This document shows positions 1 to 8,152 of a stretch of 45,143 nucleotides of DNA, in pieces (the stretch's first letter is position 1; every line of letters starts with the position of its first letter). Below the pieces are notes generated by a model. It was not told the origin of the DNA. It ran no database searches and saw nothing but the letters and a program-made list of their open reading frames with translations. The stretch comes from a virus, in the IMG/VR virus record IMGVR_UViG_3300038379_000312, positions 1 through 45,143 of that record; one strand, 5' to 3'. A program made the translations under genes and the position numbers.

Positions 1-23
1 GTCTAGGGGCGAAACCGGGTAGA
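1..23. repeat. Terminal direct repeat, copy 1 (identical to 45121..45143)
   Basis: The first 23 nt, gtctaggggcgaaaccgggtaga, are repeated exactly as the last 23 nt of the window. This fits a circularly closed assembly or a short terminal repeat/cohesive end. Confidence 0.9.
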
Positions 24-88
24 GATTTGACCCCCCTCCCGGAATCCATGAGCACGCAAGGCATTTCCCAACGGCGCTTTTCGAGGAT

Positions 89-415
89 TCAGCGTCGTCC
101 CACGAACCCGCCATCCTCCCGGCAAGTCTTCGCGGAATGGCAGCCATGGCAGAGTCCGCGCCAGTTGCTCTCGGCCCAGAAGAGCGGGTCGTCGGGCCCG
201 CTCACCCGGCGGATGTGGTCGACGTCGCTGGCGGGCTTGCGGCCCCGGCAGCAGCGTGGGCCGCATCCCGCGCAGGCGCACATCGGCTGCCGCGCCAGGA
301 ACGCTCGCCGCGCCCGCCGCCAGGCCGGCCCGTAGCCCCGGGTTGCGGCCGAGCCTCGCCGAGGCAACGGGAGCGCTGCCCGCCCCGTCGGCCGGTAACT
401 GGGGATCTCGGGCAT
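89..415 (-). CDS. HNH endonuclease (terminase-associated type), 108 aa
   Basis: The internal ATG at 413-415 overlaps the stop of the upstream ORF (ATGA). The motif DVDHIRRVSGPDDPLFWAESNWRGLCHGCHSAKT is an H-N-H core with Cys pairs. On the circular map it lies just upstream of terS/terL, as in HK97-like cos phages. The upstream 44 codons of the track ORF are Arg/Pro-rich. Confidence 0.85.
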   Translation of the reverse strand: MPEIPSYRPTGRAALPLPRRGSAATRGYGPAWRRARRAFLARQPMCACAGCGPRCCRGRKPASDVDHIRRVSGPDDPLFWAESNWRGLCHGCHSAKTCREDGGFVGRR

Positions 416-654
416 CAGACCACCAGGCTGCAGCCGGCGATCTCGCGGGCCTCGAGGACCTGGCCGCGGCGGAAGGCCGCGTCGAGCGTCGGCCATCCCC
501 GGTCGCAGGGCAACCAGGTCACGCCCGAGGGGGTCACCACGCGCCACATGCGGACCGGCCCCGCCGCCCCAGTGCAGGCGCCGGCACTCAGCCCCGCGAC
601 CGCCGCCAGGGCGCCGGCCGAGGCAAGGAACTCACGACGTGAGAAAGGATTCAT
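415..654 (-). CDS. Small Tat-signal (possible lipo)protein, 79 aa
   Basis: An AGGAG Shine-Dalgarno (SD) sequence lies 6 nt upstream of the ATG at 652-654. The N-terminus MNPFSRREFLASAGALAAVAGLSAGAC has a twin-arginine SRRxFL motif, a hydrophobic core and a Cys that could be a lipobox. Confidence 0.6.
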   Translation of the reverse strand: MNPFSRREFLASAGALAAVAGLSAGACTGAAGPVRMWRVVTPSGVTWLPCDRGWPTLDAAFRRGQVLEAREIAGCSLVV

Positions 655-688
655 GACGATCTCCTGTGCAAAAAGAGGGCCCAGATTG

Positions 689-1072
689 TTAGGGCGTCTC
701 AAGCGTCCGGTGCTCGACCAGGACCAGGAAATCCTCGCCGCTCACCGGATCGAACGTGAACTTGACCAGGTAGCGGCGGCCGAGCGGGAAGCTGGCCGCC
801 GGCAAAGTGAAGCGGAAATTGTAGCCGGTCGAGTCGGCCGTCCAGCGCGGATCGAGGGCCGTGGTCTGGAGCGTGTCGAAGACCGCATTGGCGATCACCA
901 CCGCGGGCGAATTGACCACGGCCATGGCGTCGTCCACGTCATACACGGTGCAGGTGATCGCGGTCAGGCTGGCCTGGGTGATGTTGCTGCCGGCGTTGCC
1001 CTGGACCCGGTGCATCACCGTGAGGGGTACACCTTCCCAGCCCGTGGTCCTGAGCACATCAGTCACTTTCAT
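689..1072 (-). CDS. Hypothetical beta-rich virion-associated protein, 127 aa
   Basis: The ATG at 1070-1072 (MKVTDVLRTTGWEG...) overlaps the stop of ORF 1069..1245 (ATGA). The upstream part of the 171-aa track ORF is Arg/Pro-rich. No motif recognised. Confidence 0.6.
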   Translation of the reverse strand: MKVTDVLRTTGWEGVPLTVMHRVQGNAGSNITQASLTAITCTVYDVDDAMAVVNSPAVVIANAVFDTLQTTALDPRWTADSTGYNFRFTLPAASFPLGRRYLVKFTFDPVSGEDFLVLVEHRTLETP

Positions 1073-1245
1073 GAGCAAGCTCCCTGGGCGGCCACGTGGC
1101 CGGCCGCGTACCCCTGGCCAGCGACCGCGCCGGCGGCGTGGGCCTGACGGGCGGCGACGCAGAAGGGCCGTTTGACGACGGCGACCTGGCGCGAGAAGAT
1201 CCATTCCTCAAACAGCTCCCAGGCCCAGCGGAATGTCTGAATCAC
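1069..1245 (-). CDS. Small hypothetical protein, 58 aa (below the ORF-track cutoff)
   Basis: The GTG start at 1243-1245 overlaps the TGA of 1242..1940 (GTGA). Its own TGA overlaps the ATG of 689..1072 (ATGA). Translation: VIQTFRWAWELFEEWIFSRQVAVVKRPFCVAARQAH... Confidence 0.45.
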   Translation of the reverse strand: MIQTFRWAWELFEEWIFSRQVAVVKRPFCVAARQAHAAGAVAGQGYAAGHVAAQGACS

Positions 1246-1940
1246 GCGCTATCCCTCCCCACCGGCTGGAACCAGGTCCTGGTCGAACCATCAATCGTAG
1301 CCTGGACCTTGGCCACGTAAGCGACGCCGGTGACCATGCGGTTCGTGCTCTCGACGTAACGATAGGTGCCCGTGGCCGCGATCTGGGTCATGGCCGAAGA
1401 CGCCACCAGATCGGAACCGTCCGCAGACTTGAACACCTGGATGGTCGGCGACGTGATGCCGCTGGTGAGTGCCTGGCCGTCCTTGTGCCAGATGGTGACG
1501 TAGCGGTCCGCGACGTTCGCGTCGTCGTCGAACACCCAGACCTTGGCCTGGTAGGTGTGAGCGTCGAGCACGTCGGCCACAGTGTAATCGACGAGCAGCA
1601 GACGCAGGACAACCGGGGCCATGTTCGCGGCCCCTTGCAGGTAAACCACCGCTCCATCAACTCCGGACGCACAAACGGCGTCGGGTAGGTCCAGCCGATA
1701 CACGCCCTTCTGGTAGGTCGCCTCGACTTCCTTGAACCCACCATCAGCATGTGCGGCGTCCGGCGATGAGAGCGTGACCAGCGGAATGGCGACGGCCAGA
1801 CCACGGTTGCGGACGTAGTAGCAGGTCAGGCCGGAGGAGTTGTAAACCAGTCCCGCCAGGCCTGAGCCATCCGACTGCGTGTAGTCGGGGATGAACAGGT
1901 AGACCGTCTTGTCGGTGGTGGCTTTCTTGACGATTTCCAT
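1242..1940 (-). CDS. Hypothetical fibre/virion-associated protein, 232 aa
   Basis: ATG start with protein-like composition (MEIVKKATTDKTVYLFIPDY...GVYRLDLPDAV...). It sits in a block of fibre-like genes. No catalytic motif. Confidence 0.6.
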   Translation of the reverse strand: MEIVKKATTDKTVYLFIPDYTQSDGSGLAGLVYNSSGLTCYYVRNRGLAVAIPLVTLSSPDAAHADGGFKEVEATYQKGVYRLDLPDAVCASGVDGAVVYLQGAANMAPVVLRLLLVDYTVADVLDAHTYQAKVWVFDDDANVADRYVTIWHKDGQALTSGITSPTIQVFKSADGSDLVASSAMTQIAATGTYRYVESTNRMVTGVAYVAKVQATIDGSTRTWFQPVGRDSA

Positions 1941-1950
1941 GGACGGCCTC

Positions 1951-2664
1951 CTACAGGACTGCTGCGCAGGATCGCTCCGAGGCGTCGGGACCGATCAGCC
2001 ATGCGTCTGGCAGCGCGACACTGATGTCAATGGGCGTAGCGTTGAGCAGCGGTGTTTCAACGTCGTCAGCGCTCCACACGAATTGTTCGATCAGAGGATC
2101 CGCGAGCAGCAGATAATCGGCCAGTGAGATGCTGAGCGTTGGGTAAATCAGGTAGCTGGTGATAATTGCCCCGTTGCGAAGGACGCGGAATTCCACGGTG
2201 TCATTTTCCGCCAGGGCACTCGTGACGGCCTGGAGCGAGTAGAGCAGTTCCGTGAACCCGGATGCCGCCAGAGCGTAATCCGTGACCAGGCCACTGGTGT
2301 TGTTGCTGATCTCGCCCGCGCCCCAGGTTTTGCCCGAAACGCTGGCCAGGCGCTGGGTCGTCGCTGCGGCATCCGTCAGGTTGCTGCTCACGCGGCCGCG
2401 GATTGGCGTTGCGGCTGTGATGTTCGTCCACCCACCGGCATTGATTTGATACTGAAGCTGCCAATCGTCGGTGGATGCGCCGGCATTAGTTCCGTTGTTG
2501 TAGATGCCGATACGCAAATGGAAGTTGAAGACTCCAGAGCCAGCGTTGCCGGTGGCCAATACTTGCTGGGTGTCGGCAGCGCCGATGATGGTGGCCGCGG
2601 CTTCGCCGCCATCATCCCGGTAAAAGGCGTAGGAGTTCTGGACAGGAGTGGCCGTCATCGTCAT
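1951..2664 (-). CDS. Hypothetical jelly-roll/lectin-like protein, 237 aa
   Basis: The internal ATG at 2662-2664 (MTMTATPVQNSYAFYRDDGGE...) overlaps the stop of 2661..3002 (ATGA). The beta-rich sequence (DDWQLQYQINAGGWTNI) resembles carbohydrate-binding jelly-roll domains of phage fibres. That is a pattern impression only. Confidence 0.55.
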   Translation of the reverse strand: MTMTATPVQNSYAFYRDDGGEAAATIIGAADTQQVLATGNAGSGVFNFHLRIGIYNNGTNAGASTDDWQLQYQINAGGWTNITAATPIRGRVSSNLTDAAATTQRLASVSGKTWGAGEISNNTSGLVTDYALAASGFTELLYSLQAVTSALAENDTVEFRVLRNGAIITSYLIYPTLSISLADYLLLADPLIEQFVWSADDVETPLLNATPIDISVALPDAWLIGPDASERSCAAVL

Positions 2665-3002
2665 GGCAGCTTCTCCCGACTGAGCCGAGCTGTCTTGGCG
2701 TTGATGTAGTCGTCGAGCAGAGCGGTACGCATGATGCCGTCCCATTGGAGATTGGGAATCATGCGGCCCATGAGGACTTTCTTGTGTCCTGGCCGGCTCA
2801 AATAATCGACCATGCCATGGATGTCGCCGCCCAGCCAGCGGCCGTCTTCCCACCAGTACCAGTCTGTGCTGTGCAGCATTTCCCGGCCGACATGCTGGTC
2901 ATCCTGGGCAACAATCTGCACGTTGCGGCCTGGCACGGAAAAGACGTCGTCGTCGCGGTCGGTGGCCGTGGTTCCGTCGCTATACCAAACTTTCCACTTC
3001 AT
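2661..3002 (-). CDS. Hypothetical protein, 113 aa
   Basis: The ATG at 3000-3002 overlaps the stop of 2999..3430 (ATGA). Begins MKWKVWYSDGTTATDRDDDVF... Confidence 0.6.
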   Translation of the reverse strand: MKWKVWYSDGTTATDRDDDVFSVPGRNVQIVAQDDQHVGREMLHSTDWYWWEDGRWLGGDIHGMVDYLSRPGHKKVLMGRMIPNLQWDGIMRTALLDDYINAKTARLSREKLP

Positions 3003-3430
3003 GAAAGCCTCGCAACCGTTCCAGGGGTAGTGCTGTTGAATCGAACGATGAACGATTGCCCGTCGGACAATGTGATGGAGGATCCGTAATCGAGGAAGCC
3101 GATCAGCGGATCGGCAGGAGAAGACGGCGTGTCGTTGTAGAGCACGGCGTAGCGGAACGGCCCGATGGAACCACCGGCAGCGAGAAAGGTAACGTGCGTG
3201 GCGCTGAGGGTGTACAGGCCGCTGGATTGCGATGATCCGGTTTGCACGGCCTGGTTGCCGCCGGCGCTGTAACCGAAGCCGGCGGAAATTTCCGTCAGGT
3301 CGCCCTTGACGCTGTTGGTGACTGCTGGGGCAACGTTGGTGAGCAGGATCTTGAGCGTGTCCGAGCCCAGGTTGTGGACCTTCTCGGCCAGGTCTTCCAC
3401 GAACTGATTGAATTTGTTGAAGTTAGCCAT
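2999..3430 (-). CDS. Hypothetical 143-aa beta-protein, analogue of 39629..40060
   Basis: ATG start, MANFNKFNQFVEDLAEKVHNLGSDTLKILLTN...GPFRYAVLYNDT... It has the same size and a similar layout to the 143-aa gene after the portal. Confidence 0.6.
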   Translation of the reverse strand: MANFNKFNQFVEDLAEKVHNLGSDTLKILLTNVAPAVTNSVKGDLTEISAGFGYSAGGNQAVQTGSSQSSGLYTLSATHVTFLAAGGSIGPFRYAVLYNDTPSSPADPLIGFLDYGSSITLSDGQSFIVRFNSTTPGTVARLS

Positions 3431-4166
3431 TTACGTTGCCGCTCATTCCTGGATTGACGGATCGACCTGAGACGCCGATGAAACTCTGGATGATGGCGAG
3501 GCCCTGAGCGCCGTTTCCACCCGTACCCGCGGTCCCAGAGACCGAAGCACCGCCACCGCCACCGCCGCCGCCGTACAGTCCGCCATCCGCACCGTTCTGG
3601 CCCGTGCCGCTCCCGTTTGCAGCAGCGCCTCCGCCTCCACCGCCACCACCCTGGAATTCGCCGGCGACGGCACTGGTGCCGCTCGTAGGGCTGGCCCCGC
3701 CCACGATGCCGCCCGATCCGCCCGCTGTGAGCGTGGCACGCACACCGTTCCCGGATGCGCTTCCAGCAGTGCCGTTTTGTGCCGCACTCGATGATGTTGC
3801 GCCACCTGCGCCACCTGTGGCACCAGCAAACATCTTGTTAGTCACATTCGTTTCGTCGCTATGCACCACCGACGCCGAAAAAGGGCCGAAACTTGTTGGT
3901 CTGCCAATCAAGTTGTTGACGCTACTTGTTGCACCAGGTTGAATGTAAATGCTTTCGCTGTCTCCTGGCGGGGGCGAAAACGCCAGCAACGATGCGCCAC
4001 TCCCAGCACCACCAGAACTACCCGACACCGTTGCACCTACTGATCCGCTCGAACCTTTTCTCCCACCGCCCAACAGCATGGCCTTGGTCAGGACACAGCC
4101 CGGTGGTTTCGTCCAAAGTGAGACGCCAGTCGATGTGAAGATGTCTACGATCACATGGTCACCCAT
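3423..4166 (-). CDS. Glycine-rich domain protein (fibre-like), 247 aa
   Basis: N-terminal module VIVDIFTSTGVSLWTKPPG...LLGGG followed by long Gly/Ser/Ala tracts. It is a paralogue of the two modules in 4151..5671. Confidence 0.7.
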   Translation of the reverse strand: MGDHVIVDIFTSTGVSLWTKPPGCVLTKAMLLGGGRKGSSGSVGATVSGSSGGAGSGASLLAFSPPPGDSESIYIQPGATSSVNNLIGRPTSFGPFSASVVHSDETNVTNKMFAGATGGAGGATSSSAAQNGTAGSASGNGVRATLTAGGSGGIVGGASPTSGTSAVAGEFQGGGGGGGGAAANGSGTGQNGADGGLYGGGGGGGGASVSGTAGTGGNGAQGLAIIQSFIGVSGRSVNPGMSGNVNG

Positions 4167-5671
4167 ATCACACAGAAACCGTCACCACCGTTGCCGCCGA
4201 TTCCGCTCACAGATCCGCCACCTCCACCACCGCCACGGCCTCCGTTGCCTCCGTCCGACACGCTCGCGCCGGTGCCACCGCTTCCACATGCGAATGTTGC
4301 TTCCACGTCGCCGAGTCCAGGTTCTCCCTCGTGCCCGGATGTGTCTTCTTTCTGTCCGATTTGTCGGCACGCAGAAAATTGACTGAAGGACGAAAAAAGT
4401 CTTGCCTGCTTCGCCGTATCTACATTCGTTTCACCGTTCGTCCCCGCAGTTGCCATCCGGCCGCCGCTGTTCTGGTCGTCCCTGGAAACAGTCGTCCCCA
4501 AGATTGTCGGACTGCCCCTCGACGCTGTGCCTGGCGACGTGCCAGCAACGTATACCGTCGGACCGCCGACAGCTTGAGTTGTCTTGAACAACGAGCCGAT
4601 CAAAGTAGCGCCTCCGCTCACGCCGGCGTTCGTCCCCGCTGCGCCGCCGCTGCCTCCTGCTCCTGGGACGATGCTCTCGGATGCACCCAAGAGATTTGCC
4701 GGCAACCCGAGGAAATTCCAGGCGGCCCCCGCGCCTCCACCAGGACTGCTGGACGTTGCGCCGCCACCACCACCACCGATCATGATGGCGTTTGCCTCGA
4801 CCGCATCGCTTCGCGGTTTCGTCCAGGTTCTCGATGATCGGAACGTTTCCACGTAGGTGCGGCTGGTGGATGTGTGCGAGAACACCACGCACAGCCCAGA
4901 TCCACCAACTCCGCCCGCGCCGCTCGCGTAACCATTCAGACTGCCAGCTCCGCCGCCTCCACCGCCGCCGTACATTCCACCTGCACCACCAACTCCGCCA
5001 GCGGCTGAATTGCTGGCGTTGCCGCCGCCACCGCCGCCACCGCCGCTTGGCTCGCTGGCCATGGCGGACCCGCCAGCCCCGCCACCAGCGGAGCCTCCGA
5101 GCATGCGGATGCCGTAGGCGACGGCCTGGGAGGACGCTGCGCCAGCAGCCCCATTGCAGGCTGCGCCGCCCGACGTGATGCCGCCGCCGCCGCCGCCGCC
5201 GGCCCCGCCCTGTTCGTAATTGATCGTGCCCGCCACCGGCGTGGTTTCGTCGCCAGCTCCGCCTGCGGTCCCGGCCTCGAATCCCGTGCCCGCAGCACCT
5301 GCCGTTCCCGTGGCTGACGTTCCACCGCCGCCCGCACCACCACCACCGGCGACCGCCCAGACGCCGAACGTCGTGTTGGTTCCGGCCGTGCCCGCAGCAC
5401 CGTCCGTGTCATCCGCTGAGATTGCCGATCCGCCGGCAGCAGTTGCCACCGTGACGGCTTCCGTGCTGCCCAGGATCGACGCGATCAGATGCTTGAGCGT
5501 CCAGCCGCCGCCGCCGCCGCCACCACCGCCGGAAATGTTCGTGCCGCTCGCCCCGCGCCGACCCGAGCCGCCGCCGCCGCCACCGCCGAGGAGGTAGAGA
5601 TGCTCCATGAGCGCCCCGGACGGCTTCGTCCAGGTCCCGCTCGAAGTGAAGATGTCGACGGTCGTACCCAT
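4151..5671 (-). CDS. Glycine-rich domain protein with two repeated modules, 506 aa
   Basis: The module FTSSGTWTKPSGA...LLGGGGGGGSG sits at the N-terminus. A second copy, TFRSSRTWTKPRSDA...MIGGGGGGATS, sits mid-protein. Poly-Gly tracts are extensive. ATG confirmed at 5669-5671. Confidence 0.7.
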   Translation of the reverse strand: MGTTVDIFTSSGTWTKPSGALMEHLYLLGGGGGGGSGRRGASGTNISGGGGGGGGGWTLKHLIASILGSTEAVTVATAAGGSAISADDTDGAAGTAGTNTTFGVWAVAGGGGAGGGGTSATGTAGAAGTGFEAGTAGGAGDETTPVAGTINYEQGGAGGGGGGGITSGGAACNGAAGAASSQAVAYGIRMLGGSAGGGAGGSAMASEPSGGGGGGGGNASNSAAGGVGGAGGMYGGGGGGGAGSLNGYASGAGGVGGSGLCVVFSHTSTSRTYVETFRSSRTWTKPRSDAVEANAIMIGGGGGGATSSSPGGGAGAAWNFLGLPANLLGASESIVPGAGGSGGAAGTNAGVSGGATLIGSLFKTTQAVGGPTVYVAGTSPGTASRGSPTILGTTVSRDDQNSGGRMATAGTNGETNVDTAKQARLFSSFSQFSACRQIGQKEDTSGHEGEPGLGDVEATFACGSGGTGASVSDGGNGGRGGGGGGGSVSGIGGNGGDGFCVIWVTM

Positions 5672-5672
5672 C

Positions 5673-6095
5673 TCACCACCCCGACCTGGCGACTTCGTTG
5701 GCCACTGTGATCCCTTCGCGGCAAGCGTCGGCCGCCTTGCACCGTTCCGTCACGAGCTTCGGCAAGAACAGGTGGCACCGCAGGATCGCGTTGTGCTTGT
5801 CGATCCGGTCCTGCACGAACTGCATCGGCGGCAGCTCGCTGCCGGCCAGGAACGCCTTGCAAATCTGCCTCCGGCAAATCTCCAGGAGTCCCTGCTCCTC
5901 CTGGCTGTAGCGGGGATCGACGCTGCAATAGGCCAGGGCATGCAGCAGGGTCGGCAGAACTTCAAACTCCTTGATCTGGTAGCCCGCCGATTCCGGCGGC
6001 GCATGCAGGTTTACCGTGACCCGCTCGAACCCGGGAACTTCCTCCTCCTCGCAGCGGTGCGTGATCCGGCTGTAATAGGTGGTGTCGTCGGGCAT
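5673..6095 (-). CDS. Hypothetical Cys-rich protein, 140 aa
   Basis: The internal ATG at 6093-6095 (MPDDTTYYSRITHRCEEEE...) overlaps the stop of the ParB-like gene (ATGA). The rest of the 497-aa track ORF is Arg/Gly/Pro-rich and overlaps real genes. Confidence 0.6.
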   Translation of the reverse strand: MPDDTTYYSRITHRCEEEEVPGFERVTVNLHAPPESAGYQIKEFEVLPTLLHALAYCSVDPRYSQEEQGLLEICRRQICKAFLAGSELPPMQFVQDRIDKHNAILRCHLFLPKLVTERCKAADACREGITVANEVARSGW

Positions 6096-6802
6096 CAGAT
6101 CGTCACCAGCTTGCAGGCGTGGCCGGCTTGCTTGAGCTCCTCGAACACCGATTGCTGCTGCTCGGCCGAATCGCACTCGACGACGACCTGGAATTTCTCG
6201 GCCTGGGCCGGGCCGCCGGCGGCCTGCTGCTCTTCCCAGAGCTTCTGCTTGGCGGCCAGCTCGCCCATCATCGTTTCCATGCGTTCCTTGGCTTCGCCCG
6301 AGCCGGTGAAACAGTCCTGGAGCCGGGCCTTGAGGGCCTCGTTGTCCCACTCGGCGAGCTGGGCCGAGCGGTTGTCGGCGATCGCGTAGGCCGAGGCCTG
6401 GGCGTCGCTGTCCTCGGCGGGGACGGCGGCGATCCACTCCCAGCCCAGCGCCAATGCGGCCGCGAGCGTTCCGTTCCCCTTCTCGACCACGCGCGTCCGG
6501 GCGTTGAAGACCAGCAGCGTCCGCTGGCCGAAGACCTGCAGCGAGCCCTTGATCGCCTCGAGGTTCTTCTCGCCGTGCTTGACCGGGTTGACCGGGTCGA
6601 AGACCAGGTCGGCGCAGCGGATCGCGTGCGGCCGCAGCGCCGGCAGGATATGATCGAGCGCCGGGCCACCCGCTGCCGCGACGGGGCCGGCCGCGCCGCT
6701 CGATCCGGCGGCGCCAGCTGCCGCCGGCGCATTCGCCGGCGGCGACTTCCTGGGTTTTGGCAGCCGGATCAGCGCCGCTTCCGATTTCGCTTTGCCGCCC
6801 AT
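6095..6802 (-). CDS. ParB-like N-terminal (nuclease/Srx-fold) domain protein, ~235 aa
   Basis: Motif FDPVNPVKHGEKNLEAIKGSLQVFGQRTLLVFNARTRVVEKGNGTLAAAL is typical of ParB-like domains. The preferred start is the ATG at 6800-6802, with GGAGG 7 nt upstream. An alternative ATG at 6841 exists. Confidence 0.7.
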   Translation of the reverse strand: MGGKAKSEAALIRLPKPRKSPPANAPAAAGAAGSSGAAGPVAAAGGPALDHILPALRPHAIRCADLVFDPVNPVKHGEKNLEAIKGSLQVFGQRTLLVFNARTRVVEKGNGTLAAALALGWEWIAAVPAEDSDAQASAYAIADNRSAQLAEWDNEALKARLQDCFTGSGEAKERMETMMGELAAKQKLWEEQQAAGGPAQAEKFQVVVECDSAEQQQSVFEELKQAGHACKLVTI

Positions 6803-6852
6803 CGATCCACCTCCGTCGCGCACGGTAGGGGGGAAGGTCATCCACCGGCAAA

Positions 6853-7308
6853 CTACGGGTAGCGCCCGAACGCCCGCCAGTGCTCGCAGCGGTCTCGCAT
6901 CCGTTCGAGCAGCTCCTCGACCTCCCGCTCCGCGACTCCGGAGGCGACCTGGACCCAGGCCCAGCGCCGGGTTGCCTCGCGGTAGCGGGGCCAGTCACCC
7001 AGGGCGGCCAGCTCCGCGGCGTCGGTCCCATCGAGGTAGCGCTGGAGGGCGTCGCTGTCGATCCCGGGCAATGCGTCGATCCAGGGCCAGCAGCAGATTC
7101 CCGCCGCCCACTCGTCGGCCCGGGCCCGGCGGTGGCGGCCGGCGACCTGGTCGGCGCGGTGGGCAATCTCCGGGTCGGGACTGGCGGCGGCCAGGGCGAT
7201 CAGCGGCAGCCAGGGCCGGCAGCCGGGAGACTCCAGCGCCTGCTGGGCCGCCTGGCGGACCGGGAAGGACTCGTCGCCGAGCAGCACCAGGAGGAGAATG
7301 CCATCCAT
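6853..7308 (-). CDS. HEAT-repeat-like hypothetical protein, 151 aa
   Basis: The internal ATG at 7306-7308 lies directly after the recombinase stop. LGDESFPVRQAAQQAL is a HEAT/PBS-lyase-like repeat signature. Confidence 0.5.
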   Translation of the reverse strand: MDGILLLVLLGDESFPVRQAAQQALESPGCRPWLPLIALAAASPDPEIAHRADQVAGRHRRARADEWAAGICCWPWIDALPGIDSDALQRYLDGTDAAELAALGDWPRYREATRRWAWVQVASGVAEREVEELLERMRDRCEHWRAFGRYP

Positions 7309-7309
7309 G

Positions 7310-7933
7310 TCACAGCTCCATGCAGTGGCGGAGACGTTCGGGCGTGGTGTGCAGGTAGATCGAGGTGGTTTGGATTGAGGAGTGGCCGAGCAGCTCCTGG
7401 ACAGCCCGGATGTCGGCGCCGCGCTCCAGCCGGGAGGAGGCGAAGGCGTGGCGGAACTTGTGCGGGGTGTAGCGCCGGCCGTCGGCGACGCCGGGCAATC
7501 CGGCGGCGCTGGCCAGCTCGCGGACCAGGCACTGCACGCGGCGCGTGCTGAGCCGGCCCCCCTTGCGCGACTCAAAGACCGGGCCGCTGGTCCGGCCGCC
7601 GATCCAGCCCCGCAACCGGCCCACCAGCGCCTTGGGCAGGGGCAGGACGCGGTCCTTGCAACCCTTGCCCTCGCGGACCGCCAGGAAACGCCGCTCAAAA
7701 TCGAGGTCCTGGACCTCCAGCTTGCAGGCCTCGGAGACCCGCAGGCCCAGGTAGAAGAGCGTGCACAACAGCAGTCGATCGCGGTTGGTCGCGGTCCGCT
7801 CCAGGATCTTCTGGAGCTGCTCCTGACGGGGGATGAACGGCAGCTTCTTGGCCCGGCGCTTCATGGAGTCGATTCTGCTGGGTTGGAGCGTCCAACGGCG
7901 CTTTTTGCCGGAAGAGCGCTGCCCAGTGCCCAT
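7310..7933 (-). CDS. Short tyrosine recombinase (XerC/D-like catalytic domain only), ~185-207 aa
   Basis: Catalytic-domain motifs LGLRVSE (Arg), HKFRHAFAS (H-x-x-R) and LLGHSSIQTTSIYLH (His...Tyr). No N-terminal core-binding domain is present. An alternative start exists at the ATG at 7864. Confidence 0.8.
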   Translation of the reverse strand: MGTGQRSSGKKRRWTLQPSRIDSMKRRAKKLPFIPRQEQLQKILERTATNRDRLLLCTLFYLGLRVSEACKLEVQDLDFERRFLAVREGKGCKDRVLPLPKALVGRLRGWIGGRTSGPVFESRKGGRLSTRRVQCLVRELASAAGLPGVADGRRYTPHKFRHAFASSRLERGADIRAVQELLGHSSIQTTSIYLHTTPERLRHCMEL

Positions 7934-7966
7934 TCCCGCCAGCGCGACGTGGTCCGCAAAATGTTT

Positions 7967-8152
7967 TCATCCGGTTGCGGCTCGACCAGCTCGCAGGCGG
8001 TAACACGAGTAACGCATCCTGCGGAGTTCGCGAACCACCTGAAGCAGCACCCGCCAGGGCACATTTTCGCTCGGCACCGTCAAGCCTTCTTGCCTGGTGT
8101 ATGCCTGCTTTTCCGTGTCCCAGGTGCCAATCGAGTAGAGCGGCTCGCTCAC
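7967..8152 (-). CDS. Small hypothetical protein, 61 aa
   Basis: The GTG at 8150-8152 overlaps the stop of the methyltransferase gene (GTGA). Translation: VSEPLYSIGTWDTEKQAYTRQEGL... Confidence 0.35.
   Translation of the reverse strand: MSEPLYSIGTWDTEKQAYTRQEGLTVPSENVPWRVLLQVVRELRRMRYSCYRLRAGRAATG

Noticed and set aside
5673-7166. N-terminal extensions of long minus-strand track ORFs (5673..7166, 16934..18625, 19875..21878, 42965..44953, 1951..2853, 13266..14726, 29459..30139).
   Set aside because: The upstream portions are Arg/Pro/Gly-rich and overlap recognisable genes in another frame. In most cases an internal ATG or GTG with an SD or an ATGA/GTGA overlap starts the protein-like part. 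For 13266..14726 only the first 28 codons look meaningful.
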